From: an uncultured Candidatus Binatia bacterium
GTDB lineage: Bacteria > Desulfobacterota > Binatia > UBA9968 > JAJDTQ01
Reading direction: 5' to 3'
DNA length: 64,000 bases
Assembly (NCBI GenBank): GCA_965215605.1
Contig: OZ244070.1
Location: 800,001-864,000 of the forward strand
Numbering within the stretch: position 1 is the stretch's first letter; each line of letters opens with the position of its first letter. This document shows, piece by piece, positions 19,579 through 30,636 of the stretch. The notes beneath the pieces are model-generated. The model made no database searches and was not told the DNA's origin. It worked only from the letters and a program-made list of their open reading frames with translations. The position numbers were made by a program, and so were the translations under genes.

Positions 19579-21499
19579 CCGCACCGTCCTCGCCGGCGAG
19601 CTGCTCGAGCAGGCGCGCCGTAAGCTGGAGGATGTCGCTCTCGGTCACGATCCCCACCAGCCGCTCTTCCTTGACCACCAGCAGATAATCGCTCTGTGCC
19701 TCCCGCATCCGGGCCACCGCCTCCGTGACCGTGGCCTCCGGCGCGATGGTCACCGGATCCGGCTGCATGACCGCCCGCACCGGCACCGGCTCACCGTCCG
19801 CGTCCGGCCCTGCCGGAGCCCACTGCCCAAGAGCCTCGAAGCACGAGATCAGACCAGCCACCTTGCCGTCCTCATCCTCCACCGGCACGTGACGAATGCG
19901 TCGCCAATCCATGAGCCTGATCACGAGGTCCATCGGTTCGTCGGGGTGGACCGTGATGAGGTCCGTGGTCATGAACTCCTCGATACGCAGGGCATGGGGT
20001 TTCCCGCCGCGGCCCTCCTCGACTCCAGCCAATGGCCATTCGTGCACGGGCTTTCCCTCCCATTGCCGCGCGGCGGTCGCCGCCGTGAGGGCGCTCAACA
20101 GGGCGTCCTGCGTGTCCGCGCCCTGCATGCCGGCGAGCGAGCGCAGCAGCCAGGACGCCCCGTTCCGGCGCGTCGCCACCCGCTGCTCGATGACCCCCAG
20201 GTAGCGGTCCACGTCCGCGGAGTCGAGGCCGGCGGCGCGCAGCCCCTGCCATGCCAGCGGCAGCAACTCCCGGCGGATGAGATCGTCCGCGGGCGCCGTC
20301 ATGCCATCCACCCAGGTGAACTGGGCGCTGAGCCCGCGCTGCGCCGCCGCCAGGAAATTGGCCTCGGCGTCGTGGAAGGGCATGGAGGCGCCCACGTCGC
20401 CGTACGCCTCTTGTCCGCCCCGGAGCATGCCCAGGAAGAAGGCGGCGTTGGCCACCTCGTCCAGGATCGTGGGGCCCGAAGGCAGCACCCGGTTCTCGAT
20501 GCGGATATGCGCCCGGCCCTCGCCGACGCCGAAACAGGCGCGGTTCCAGCGGTAGACCGTGCCGTTGTGGGTGCGCAGGGCCGGCAACGTCGGCAGCCCG
20601 CCGCGCGCCAGCACATCCAGGGAATCCTCGTCCAGGGGCGCTCCCAGCAGCACCCGGAAGCGCGCCAGGTCTTCCCGGATCAGCTCCAGGATGGACTCGC
20701 GCACCCAGTCCTGGCCGAAGCTCACCCGGGCGGCGCGCTCGCGCATGTGATGGCCCGCCCGGCGCGTGTCGATGGACTGCTGAAACAGCGGGATGCGCGT
20801 CTCGCGCCACAGGCGGCGTCCGAACAGGAGCGGCGAGTTGGCCGCCGCCGCCACCAGCGGGGCGGTCACGAGCTGGGCGAGGTTGTAGCACTGGGCGAAC
20901 TCCGCCGGCTCCACCTGGTAGTGCACCTGAAAGCTGGTGCAGCCGGATTCCAGCATCACCGAGTCATGCCGGATGTCCAACTCATCGGCCCCCTTGAGCC
21001 GGAACTCGTAGTCGCCGCCGCGGAGCTGGGTGAGCACCCGGTTGAGCGCCCGATAACGCGGCCGCGGGGCCATGTGGGCCAGCGCAAGGTCGGACTTGCG
21101 CAAGGTCGGGAGGATACCGACCAGCACCACCTCGGCGCCGCGCTCGTGCGCGGCCTCCCTCAGCCGCCGCAACGCGGATTGGAGCTGCTCCTCGAGCCGG
21201 CTCAGGCAGTTACCGCCGAACACCAGCGGATCGAGGTTGATCTCCAGGTTGAAGAGCCCCAGCTCGTTGGTATAGTGGGAGTCCGCCACCCGCTCCAGCA
21301 ACTCCATGGCCAACATCGCCGGCCGCCGGGCGGCGTCCACCAGGAACAGCTCCTGCTCCGCGCCGATGCGGTGCACCCCGGACTCGATCATGCCCTGGGC
21401 CAGCATCCGCTCCAGCGCCTGCACGTCCCGCAGCAAGTGCGAGATGAAGGAGCGCAGCTCGGCGGCGTCCTTTTCGCGTTCTACGTCCTGAGATCCCAT
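19568..21499 (-). CDS. Glutamate--cysteine ligase family (GCS2) protein with a C-terminal CBS pair
   Basis: IGAEQELFLVD, ELGLFNLEINL, TSFQVH, ANSPLLFG..ETRI and RIENR motifs; two CBS domains at the C-terminus. Confidence 0.88.
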   Translation of the reverse strand: MGSQDVEREKDAAELRSFISHLLRDVQALERMLAQGMIESGVHRIGAEQELFLVDAARRPAMLAMELLERVADSHYTNELGLFNLEINLDPLVFGGNCLSRLEEQLQSALRRLREAAHERGAEVVLVGILPTLRKSDLALAHMAPRPRYRALNRVLTQLRGGDYEFRLKGADELDIRHDSVMLESGCTSFQVHYQVEPAEFAQCYNLAQLVTAPLVAAAANSPLLFGRRLWRETRIPLFQQSIDTRRAGHHMRERAARVSFGQDWVRESILELIREDLARFRVLLGAPLDEDSLDVLARGGLPTLPALRTHNGTVYRWNRACFGVGEGRAHIRIENRVLPSGPTILDEVANAAFFLGMLRGGQEAYGDVGASMPFHDAEANFLAAAQRGLSAQFTWVDGMTAPADDLIRRELLPLAWQGLRAAGLDSADVDRYLGVIEQRVATRRNGASWLLRSLAGMQGADTQDALLSALTAATAARQWEGKPVHEWPLAGVEEGRGGKPHALRIEEFMTTDLITVHPDEPMDLVIRLMDWRRIRHVPVEDEDGKVAGLISCFEALGQWAPAGPDADGEPVPVRAVMQPDPVTIAPEATVTEAVARMREAQSDYLLVVKEERLVGIVTESDILQLTARLLEQLAGEDGADGG

Positions 21500-21548
21500 G
21501 GGCTGGCTTCGGTTTGCCCGTTCTCCCCGAAAGCGGGCCGGGCATGGG

Positions 21549-22616
21549 TCACAGCAGGCTCTTACCGCCGAAGCGGCTCTTCCACTGGTCGATGACCTCC
21601 TTGTTGTAGACGTTGTCGGGCACCTCGCCGCGGAGCGCGGTCAGGACCGAGCTGGTGGCCCAGACCACGCCGGGGTGGAGGCCGCTGCCCTTGTTGGAAG
21701 AGACCATGTGGGGCGACATGATCACCTTGTCGCCGAGCTGCCGGAGCGGGCTGTCCATGGACAGGGGCTCGTCCTCGAAGACGTCAAGGACCGCGCCCGA
21801 GATGACGTCGTTTTCCAGCGCCTCGGTGAGTTCCGGCTCGTTGACGCAGTAGCCGCGGGAGGTGTTGATGAAGATGGCATCCTTCTTCATCTGCGCGAAC
21901 TCTTCCTTGCCCATCATGTGGCGGGTCTCCTTGGTGAGGACCACGTGGAGGGTGACCACGTCGGACTCCCGCAGCAGCGTCGCCAGATCCACCTTCTCGA
22001 CGCCCGCCTCCGCGAACTTCTCGTCGGGCACGTAGGGATCGCAGGCGATCATGCGCATGCCCCAGGGCTTCATCAGCTTGGCCACGCGGGTGCCGATGCG
22101 CCCCAACCCGATGATGCCCAGCACGATGCCGGGGTAGCCGTCCATCTCGCGGGACCCTACGTAAGTGCCCTGGTGGCTCAGGTCGCGCCACTCGCCGCCG
22201 CTCTTCAGGTGACGGTCACGCTCCCGCGTGCGTTTGAGCATGGTCAGCATGCCGGTGATGGTGCCCTCGGCGACCCCGCCCCAATTGGACTCCGTGGGGG
22301 CGTGGCACACCATGATGCCCATCTCCGTGGCCGCGTCCACGTCCACGTCGTCCACGCCGATGGTGTACTTGGCCACCACCCGGAGTTCCTTGGAGGCCTT
22401 CATGATCTCCTGGCTGATGGGAGAGCTTCGGATGGAGGTCCCCACCAGCGCATGGGCGCCCTGGGCCATGGCGACCATCTCCGCCTCGTTGTCTCCCTGG
22501 GGGTTGTGCCAACCGGCCTTGCCCAGGACCAGCTCGCAGCCGTTGTCCTCGAGCTTCCTGTGGGAGTCGCCCTTTTCGTCGTTGGGAGCGAATATGAACA
22601 CCTTGGCGTTGGCCAT
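21549..22616 (-). CDS. D-isomer-specific 2-hydroxyacid dehydrogenase (SerA-like)
   Basis: GIIGLGRIG, INTSRG, LDVFEDEP and SPH motifs. Confidence 0.9.
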   Translation of the reverse strand: MANAKVFIFAPNDEKGDSHRKLEDNGCELVLGKAGWHNPQGDNEAEMVAMAQGAHALVGTSIRSSPISQEIMKASKELRVVAKYTIGVDDVDVDAATEMGIMVCHAPTESNWGGVAEGTITGMLTMLKRTRERDRHLKSGGEWRDLSHQGTYVGSREMDGYPGIVLGIIGLGRIGTRVAKLMKPWGMRMIACDPYVPDEKFAEAGVEKVDLATLLRESDVVTLHVVLTKETRHMMGKEEFAQMKKDAIFINTSRGYCVNEPELTEALENDVISGAVLDVFEDEPLSMDSPLRQLGDKVIMSPHMVSSNKGSGLHPGVVWATSSVLTALRGEVPDNVYNKEVIDQWKSRFGGKSLL

Positions 22617-22747
22617 TGGTTTCCTCCTGTACCGTCGCGCGGTCCTGACATGTCCTGACATGCCGTCGTTGTGTGTATGAGCCACGAACGTTAATATGAC
22701 CCGGCCGGGCAGGTCAACCAGCGGCCGGCCCCGCGGAAATCCCCCGC

Positions 22748-23407
22748 ATGCTCCTGAACACCGACATATCCCGGCGCGTGGCCATCGACACGGAAGAGAT
22801 GCCCTGGATCGACTCCCCCCTGCCCGGGGTCCGGCGGCGCATGCTGGAGCGGGATGGCGGCGAGGTGGCGCGGGCCACCAGCATCGTCCGCTACGCCCCG
22901 GAAAGCCGCTTCGCGGAACACTCCCACGGGCTCGGCGAGGAGTTCCTCGTGCTCGAGGGCGTGTTCTCCGACGAGCACGGCGACTACCCCGCCGGCACCT
23001 ACGTGAGAAACCCGCCGGGCTCCAGTCACCGGCCCCACAGCCGCGGCGGCTGCACCCTGTTCGTGAAGCTCCGCCAGATGGACCCGGAGGACCGGCGGTT
23101 CGCGCGAATCGATACCGCGGGCGCGCCGTGGTCCCCCGGGAACGAACGAGGCCTTCTCGTCATGCCGCTCCACGCCGACGAGAAAGAGTCCGTGGAGCTG
23201 GTGAGGCTGGAGCCGGGGGCGCTTCTGGAACGGCATCCGCATCCCGCGGGCGAGGAGATCTGGGTGCTCGAAGGCGTTCTCGAGGACGACGACGGCGTCT
23301 ACCGCAAGGGCGTCTGGCTACGGAACCCTCCGGGCAGTTCCCATGCGCCGCGCAGCCGGGCGGGCTGCATCTTCTACAGCAAGACCGGACACCTGGCGGC
23401 CGGGTGA
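22748..23407 (+). CDS. ChrR-like double cupin protein
   Basis: Two repeats of H.H..GEE..VLEG...D..G.Y..G...RNPPGSSH.P.S..GC. Confidence 0.9.
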   Translation: MLLNTDISRRVAIDTEEMPWIDSPLPGVRRRMLERDGGEVARATSIVRYAPESRFAEHSHGLGEEFLVLEGVFSDEHGDYPAGTYVRNPPGSSHRPHSRGGCTLFVKLRQMDPEDRRFARIDTAGAPWSPGNERGLLVMPLHADEKESVELVRLEPGALLERHPHPAGEEIWVLEGVLEDDDGVYRKGVWLRNPPGSSHAPRSRAGCIFYSKTGHLAAG

Positions 23408-23769
23408 CCGGCGCCGGCGGGCCTCCGCGGCAGACTAGTGTCCTGTCCGGTTAGTTCGCATAATAATCTGCGGGTCTGTTCTGCGTTGAGATCGTTTTTT
23501 GTATTGTTTATCAATATGTTAGGAATACTCTCAATTGAGCCGTAATCGATATGTAACCCCATTCAACCAATACTCAGTCCCTGCAAGCGCGCGTATGTCC
23601 TCAAGTCAGTTTGGTGCCTCGGAGAAAGTCACCGTAGCGCCCCGCCGGGCCGGGGTCAATCGTCGGTTTCGTGTCCAGCTGATGCTAGAGAGTTCGACCG
23701 GGGGACGGTCGGGAAATCCGCCTGTCAATTGACGGAACCGATGCTCAGAGTTTCGTTCTGAGCGCCAAC

Positions 23770-23970
23770 TAAACCGCCCCGGGTTTACGGGAGACGGATT
23801 AGTGTGAGTCAGGCCACCAGGGTGGACTCTTTGCACTGCTGATAGTACGTGTCTTCGAGTTCTGCCGGCGGCACATAGCTGATGCCTTCCAGGAGTCGGC
23901 GGCGGTTGAACCAGTCGACCCATTCGAGGGTGGCGAACTCGACCGCTTCGAGGTGGCGCCAGGGGCCGCC
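23770..23970 (-). mobile_element. IS3-family remnant (transposase C-terminus and right end)
   Basis: Peptide GPWRHLEAVEFATLEWVDWFNRRRLLEGISYVPPAELE is an IS3 OrfB C-terminus. The end T(A)AACCGCCCCGGGTTT resembles IS3-type termini. Confidence 0.8.
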
Positions 23971-24092
23971 GCCCGCTATGGGCGTGGGGGTGATCGACCT
24001 GACCGACAGCGTCTCAATGGCCGTAGCCGCACGGACACGGGGTGCTCGCAGGCAGGTCCGACGGGACGGCGTATCGCAAGCCATTTTGGAGG

Positions 24093-27000
24093 TCACCAGT
24101 TGAGGGCGACGTTGAAGCGGAGGATATGTTCGGGTTTGGTGTGAGGCGCCTTTCTTCGGGTGGCCTTGAGGCCGAGTTGGAGATCGTGGGCGTTGTTGCG
24201 GGCGAGGGGGTTGAAGCGCCATCCCAGGGTGTAGTCGCGGGCGCCGGCGGCGAAGCCGAAGCCGACATGGGGGCTGGCGGCGAAGCGGCGGTCGAGGACC
24301 GGGAAGCCGTAGGCGGCCTCGGCCAGCCAGCGGCTCTCGGCTGTACCGCCCGCGCCGCCGCGGGTGTCCAGCGGGTCGGGAGCGAACAGGGCGTCGATGC
24401 CGTCTTTGGCCTGTCCGCCCCAGTCCTGACGAAGAGTCAGGGAGGGGCCGAGAGTGGTTGCCGGGTCGGGGTTGTAGGCCAGGGAGGCGGCAAAGCCCCG
24501 GTCCTTCAGATCGTCGGACCGGTGGGCCAGCAGGGTGCGGCCCTCGACATCGAGGCGGAGGCCCAGGGCGGGGTCGCTCCAGGCAATGCCGCCGCCGAGT
24601 TCGATGCCGGAGCCGGTCTCGGCATCGCCGCCGTCATGGCGCGCGCCCACTTCGAGCCTGGGCGTCAGAAGGCCGTTTTGGTCCAGGGCGATCTTCCAGC
24701 TTCCCTCCAGACCGAGCCTGAGCCGGGTCACATCGGAGTCCGAGGCCGCGAGGTCCCGGGTCTTCTCCGAAGAGGTGCGCGCCCAGAGCGCGTCCGACTC
24801 AAGCGCCAGCGCCGGCCCGGAGCGTTGCTTCTGCGGGGACCACAGGTCCCCACGGAGCCCCAACGCCGCCATGGTCCAGGAAACGTCCGACTTGAGCACG
24901 CCGCCAACCTCCGGCTTGAGCGTCACCGCGCCGGCGCCGTAGCCTGCCGCGCCCCAGAGCTTCAGCCGCTCGGTGGCCTGGAAAGAGGCGTAGGGTATGG
25001 CCGCGGTCAGCGACGCGTCGAGGCTGCCGTCGCCCTCGCGCACGGCGCCTTCGCACAGAACCTTCCTGGCATCGTCGCTCATGTGGTCCGCGCCGGCTCC
25101 GGCGCAGGGTTCGGGGGCCGTATCCGTATCCGCATAGGCGCCCTCCCCCTCGCTGTGGGTGAGGGCCAGGCCCGCCATCCATCGGTTCCGGGCGTAGTCC
25201 GCCCCGAGCATGCCGGTGGTGGCGTCGCCGTCAAGGGAGAAGGTACCCTCCCTGCCGTCGAAGTGGGCCTGCGCGGCCCGGCCCCAGAAGGCCAGGCTGC
25301 CGCCCTTGGCGTCCTTGCCGCCGGTGGCGGTGAAGCGGCTCTGGAGCATGAGTTCCCGCAAGCTCAGGGCTCTCCATGTTGAAGCGGTCCCTGGCTCGGC
25401 GCCGCCACCCGTAAAGCCCGTGGCCCGGGCTCCGGGCGCCGCGTGGTCATGGGCCGCGGTCTGCCATCCGGACCCGGTTCCCTGGGAAGCGGTGCTGCCG
25501 TCCGGGAGCGCCTGTCCGGCCAGGGCGCCCTGCACGCCCGCCTCCCGCGGCGCCCTCATCCGGCTCTCGATGCCGTCCAGCGCCTGCTGCGCCACCGTGC
25601 GGCCGAACCGACTCAGCCACGCCTTGGGCATCGGGTCGTTATTGACGATGGTGCCCACCGCAACCCCGTCGCCGATCATCGCGCCCCCCGTCGGCCGCGA
25701 CAGCGCCACCTCGAAGGTCTCCGGGTCCTCGTCGTGATTGTCGTTGTAGACGTAGACCCACATCCGCTTCTCGGTCTGGCCCGGATGGAAGGTGAGCGCA
25801 ATGCCGTCCGGCCACCACCAGAACCAGTCCTCGCCCTGCCGGGCGGAGACCGGGCTCGCCTCGCGCGCCGTGAAGGTCACCTTCACCGTCCGCTGCACGG
25901 CCCGGTCGAGCCGCACCGTGAAATACATCAGCCCGACATCCTCATTCGCGGTCTCGTCGCCCACCGAGAAGGTCGGAGCCGTCGCCGCCGCATCGTCGTC
26001 GGTCACCTTCACCGAGGCCGCATTGTCCGGCGCCGCCGCCACCGTGTAGCGCAGTCCCTTGTCGCCGTCCCCGGCAAGGGTGGCGGTCACCGACCCGTGG
26101 GGCTCGTCCGCCGTGTCGTTCACCGTCGGCACCGTAAAGGTGGCCTCGGTCTCGCCCTTGGGGATGGTCGCCGTGGCGGACCCTTCATGCTCGGCTGCCA
26201 CGAAGTCGCTGCCGTCGGCCTCCGAGACCGTGAGGTTGACCGTCAGGTCCGCGCCGGGGGCCCGGCTCGCCGTCAGGGTGAAGGCGGCGTCCGCGCCCTC
26301 CGCCACGGTCCCGGTCTTCGCCGCGATGGCGATCTCCGGCGGCGGCTCCAGGATGGCGAAGCCGGCCGCGCCCGAGGCCGCCGCCCCGCCGCCGAGGCCG
26401 GTGGCGACCGGCGTGCCTAGCTTCACCGTCACCGTCTCCTTCTCGCCCTCGGCCACGCTGTCCGCCACCGTCGCCAGCACCAGCGTCGCCGCTGTCGCCG
26501 ACTTGCGCCCCGCGGCGCCGGCGAAGGTCACCGCCGGCGGGTTCTTGGGATCGGTTCCCGCGAGGTTGGCATAAGTCACGCCCGCGGGCGCCGTCTCCGG
26601 CGCGGCCAGCGCGTAGTCGGTCCCGAGCGTCGCCGTGCCGGCGAAGGCCAGCGGCACCGCGAGGCTCTCGCCCTCCACCAGCGCGCGTCCGAGCGTCAGC
26701 GTCAGCGTCTTCGAGCCCGACGCCTCGGGCAGGTCGCCCGCCGGCGCTGTCAGCACCACTCCTGTGGCATCGTCGTCCGCCACGGCCACGCTTGCGCTCT
26801 TGCCCTGGTCGTCCACCGTATAGCCGGCGCCGTCCGGCACCGTCGCCACCACAGCGCCTGCCGGCTCGTCGGTCTCGTCGGCCAGCGTCGCCACCGTGAA
26901 GGCCGTCTCGGCCTGCCCGGCCGGGATCGTCACCATGCGCTCGCCCAGCGCCGAGGCGTCGGCAATGGCGCCGGTCTGCGCGACCGCCACCGTCACCGCG

Positions 27001-30000
27001 AGCTCTTCCGCCGGCGCCGGATCGGCCTTGAGCGTGAAGCCCGCCGCCGTGCCTTCCGTCACCCCCGCACCGGCGGTTACGGTGATCGCGGGAACCGCCT
27101 GTTGCGCCTCTGCCTGTACCTCCGCCTGCGCCGGCTCCTTCTCCAGGCATTCCAGCGCCGGCGCCACGGGCACCCAGCGCTGAAGGCCGCGATCCGCCTG
27201 CGCCTCTGCCTCGGCGATGGTCATCGGGTTGTTGCTCCAGGCGTTGCTCTCCCCGAAGGCGGCAAGCACCCGGCTCCAGCGCTCGACATGGCCCGGCGAG
27301 GTCCGCCAGGTCTCGCCCGCAGCCTTCCGGGCGTCGGCAAGCAGGGCGTCGGAGACGCAGGAAGGCGCCTGGCTGTCCGTACTCTGCGCGCTGGCGCTCA
27401 AGGCATCGCTGCCCGGTCCCACCGCCAGGGTTGCCGTGCCGGCGAGGCTGTCCAATTGCTGCGTGTCGCCGTTCTTGTCGACATATTCCGGCGTCACCGT
27501 GACCGTCAGTGTCATCGGCACCGAGGCGCCGTGGTCGATGGTGGTCGTGGTGCCTGTCACGCCGGGCAAGTCACCGGCGGAAGCATTCAGCGAGTCGCCG
27601 CTCTCGGCGCTCCACGACACGTCATAGGAGGTAGCATGCTCCACCGCGTCCCAGGTGACACTGGCGCTGACATCGTCCACCGCCGTCACCTGCAGGTTGG
27701 TCACCGGATCGGTGGGCGCAGGGGCGGCCTCCGCGGGTGCGGAGCGGCCGGTGCGGAGTTCCTCGGTGATGAGGGGACAATCGCGACCCGGGGCGCTGTA
27801 GGGGGCAAAGACGGTGCCGGCAACGGCGTGCGCGCGGATCGTCCCGATGTCCGTGCTGCGCAGGCCGCCGCCCGAGGCCGTGTGGGTGATGTTGGCACAA
27901 CCCTTTTCGAAGGTCGCATATTGCTGCGTGCTGATGACCCAGATCTGGCGATAGCACGCCCAGGACGCGTCCGGGTTCGACGTGTTAACGTCAAACAAAG
28001 AGCTGTGCCCCCCATTGAAGCAGACCCGGTCGGCCGGGCGGTCCTCGAAGGTCACCGTCAGCGATGCCTGCGGCGTACCCCCCGAGGTCAGGGACAGGCC
28101 GAACTTGCTGATGTCGCTCGATGTTGCCGTCACCGTCACCGTTTCGCCGGTCGCCGGGCGGTTCGACAGACGCAATTGGTAACGGAGCGGGTAAATTGGC
28201 GTCATGTCATTCTGGAAGTACCTGAACCCCCGCGTCGCCTTGACGGTGTTCGGGCGCTGTTTGGCAGCGTAGTCATTGATGTTCATTACCGCCAGATCCC
28301 ACGCCTCCAGCTCGGGCGCGTCGTCCACCGCCACCGAAACCCAGCCCAGTCCCTGGTTCGAGTAGCCGCCGCCGTTGGCCGCGTGGGTCAGCGACAGCGT
28401 GCGGTTGAGATGGAGGGACGTCTGGTCCACGCCGGTCACCGTTACCGGCTGCGGATTCATGTAGTTCGATGCCGTGAATGTGAGTGTTGTTGTGCTTGCG
28501 GTCGCGGCCCCGGTGTATCTGCCAGTCGTGCCGATGGTGACGGTGGTATCGCCACCGGAAGGCGCGGTGGGAAGCCGCACGCAATAGGTCGCCATGCCGC
28601 CGTTTTCGAGAACGCGAACACTGTTTACGCTGAGGTTGTTGCTCTGGGCAGGGCATGCCGCCGGCGCGGCCTCGTCGTCCTCCAGCGTCAGGGTCGCCGC
28701 GTCGTTCATCGAATGCGCCGCCACGCCGCTCACCGTGGTGTCCAACAGGCCGAGCGAGGACAGCGTCGCGGTGATCGTCTCGTCGATCGCATCCCCGTCG
28801 TCGCGGCTCGCCACCGGGGTCAGCGTCACCGTCGCCGTCTGCACCGTGTTCGTGTCGTGGCCGGTGAAGACCACCCGCGGGTTGGCCGTCAATGCGTTCG
28901 CCAGCGTCACCCCGCTGTGCATGCTCGCCGCCGCGGCCGAGACCGTGAAGTCGTGATTGGCGGTGCTGCCGCCGTCCACGCTCCCCGGCAGCCGCGCCCC
29001 AGTCGTCGTCGCAAGAGCGATCGGCACGCCGATGGTCTCTCCGCCATAAAGCCGGCGGGACAGCGAAACCGTGAGGGTCGCCGTGTCCGAGGCGTCGCCC
29101 TCGGTCATGGTCATATCCGTACTCGTGAGCGAGACCGTGGTGTCCTCGTCGTCCTGGATGAGGATCTCGTCCCAGGGGTGATCAGTGGATACCGCGTAGC
29201 TGCCGCTGGTGGCCGTGCATTCCGTCAATTCCGGCGGCGCTACCTGGACACGGACGGTGCTGTCCGGGTCGTCGGCGGCGGTGTCGGTCCAGTTGACCGT
29301 GTAGGTGCCTGATCCGTTGCTGGTTCCGCTGGCCAACAGCGTCACCGTCTTGAGACCCTTGTCGACCGCCGCGACCCGGTTGCCGCCTTCCTCGGTCACC
29401 CACACGCACACCGTCAGATTGTTCGGCAGCGGCTCGTCGGCGCTCAGGGGGAATGCAACGCTGCCCGTGCTCTCCTCGTGGGGCTGCTTGCTGTCGACGC
29501 GGCGCACGCCCTCCTGGTCGGGCAGCGACACCCCGATCCTCACCGGTGGATCGTTGATCGTCATCGTGAAGGAAAGGGTGTTCGCCGGCGTCGACGAGTC
29601 GGTCAGCGTCACCGTGAACGTCTCGCCCGAATCCGAGTGGGTATCGATGCTCGCCCTGAGGTCGATTCGGTAGCTGTTGTCGTCCGCATCGTGGCCGGGG
29701 CCCTCATCGTCGCACACGTCGTATGTGTCGACCGCGAAACCAAACTGGTCTGAAGTGCGGCAATTGAGAGTGGTTAACGTCGCGTGGCCGGTGCCGGTGC
29801 CGGTGGTCGTCAGCGCATGGTTGACCGGAGCAACCCAACTCGACGGGATATTGCTGACAGTCACAGCGGTCCCAACACGACCCTCGATCAGCGTCGATGG
29901 GGAGATTGTCGGTGTCGTCTGCGCGGCGGCCGGGGCGGCAAGGCCGAACAGCAGCGGCAGGCAGAGCAGGGCCGGCAGCAGGCCGCGCCGCGGATTGCGG

Positions 30001-30456
30001 GCGGCGGGACGGGCGCCCGCCGCGGCGCGGGCGGGAGAGGGATCGAAGCTGTCAGGGGAAGAAGCGGGCCGGCGGGTGTCGGAACGCCCGCTGGCGGATG
30101 CGGAAGATTCAGGCCGGGAGGCGGAGCGCCTTAGGCGGCGCCACCATGAAGACGCAGGAAGCGCGATCCGGCGATCCGGCGATCCGGCGATCCGGCGATC
30201 CGGCGATCCGGCGATCCGGCGATCCGGCGATCCGGCGATCCGGCGATCCGGCGATCCGGCGATCCGGCGATCCGGCGATCCGGCGATCCGGCGATCCGGC
30301 GATCCGGCGATCCGGCGATCCGGCGATCCGGCGATTATGGGTTGACTCAGGCCTTGTCAAGCCCTGCGCCAAACTATTTTCCGTGCGCCCCGCTATCCCC
30401 CCATGCCTCCTGCCCAACGCCCGGTTCCCATCTCGTCCTTCGTTCACCATGACCAT
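24093..30456 (-). CDS. Large autotransporter-like surface protein/adhesin (Calx-beta, FN3-like, C-terminal beta-barrel); 5' end frameshifted within an 8-bp repeat
   Basis: The frame is open from 30356 to 24093. A signal-peptide-like RRGLLPALLCLPLLLFGLAAPAAA|Q lies at ~29920-29995. Multiple Calx-beta-like units end in DDD/DDE. PMPKAWLSRFGRTVA linker, and a barrel ending in an aromatic residue (..NVALNW). The plausible start (ATG 30456 after GGAGG) is in a different frame. Confidence 0.8.
30163..30335. repeat. Simple sequence repeat (GCGATCCG)x21 plus GCGAT
   Basis: Perfect 8-bp tandem repeat counted from the sequence; no spacers; no stop codon in any frame. Confidence 0.97.
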
Positions 30457-30636
30457 CGCATCGCCTCCGAAAACTGTCGCCCGACCCGCTGGCCCGCGCT
30501 GCCCACACCTCTGCCGGGCATTGCCTGTCCCGTTTGGCGTACATTACGCCGAGTCCGGTGGAAATTCAATACGCGCGTGTTTGCTTCCTAGCGACGACGG
30601 CAAGCCGGTATCGGCCGCTACGGGACCGCCGGCCCG

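Noticed and set aside
23680-23730. GTTCGA-containing stretch as a tRNA integration site
   Set aside because: No cloverleaf, acceptor stem or CCA end could be formed.
30163-30335. Repeat array as a CRISPR, or as the RRSGDPAI-repeat proteins on the plus strand (29677..30345, 29897..30712)
   Set aside because: No spacers and no cas genes. The plus-strand ORFs exist only because the 8-mer has no stop codon.
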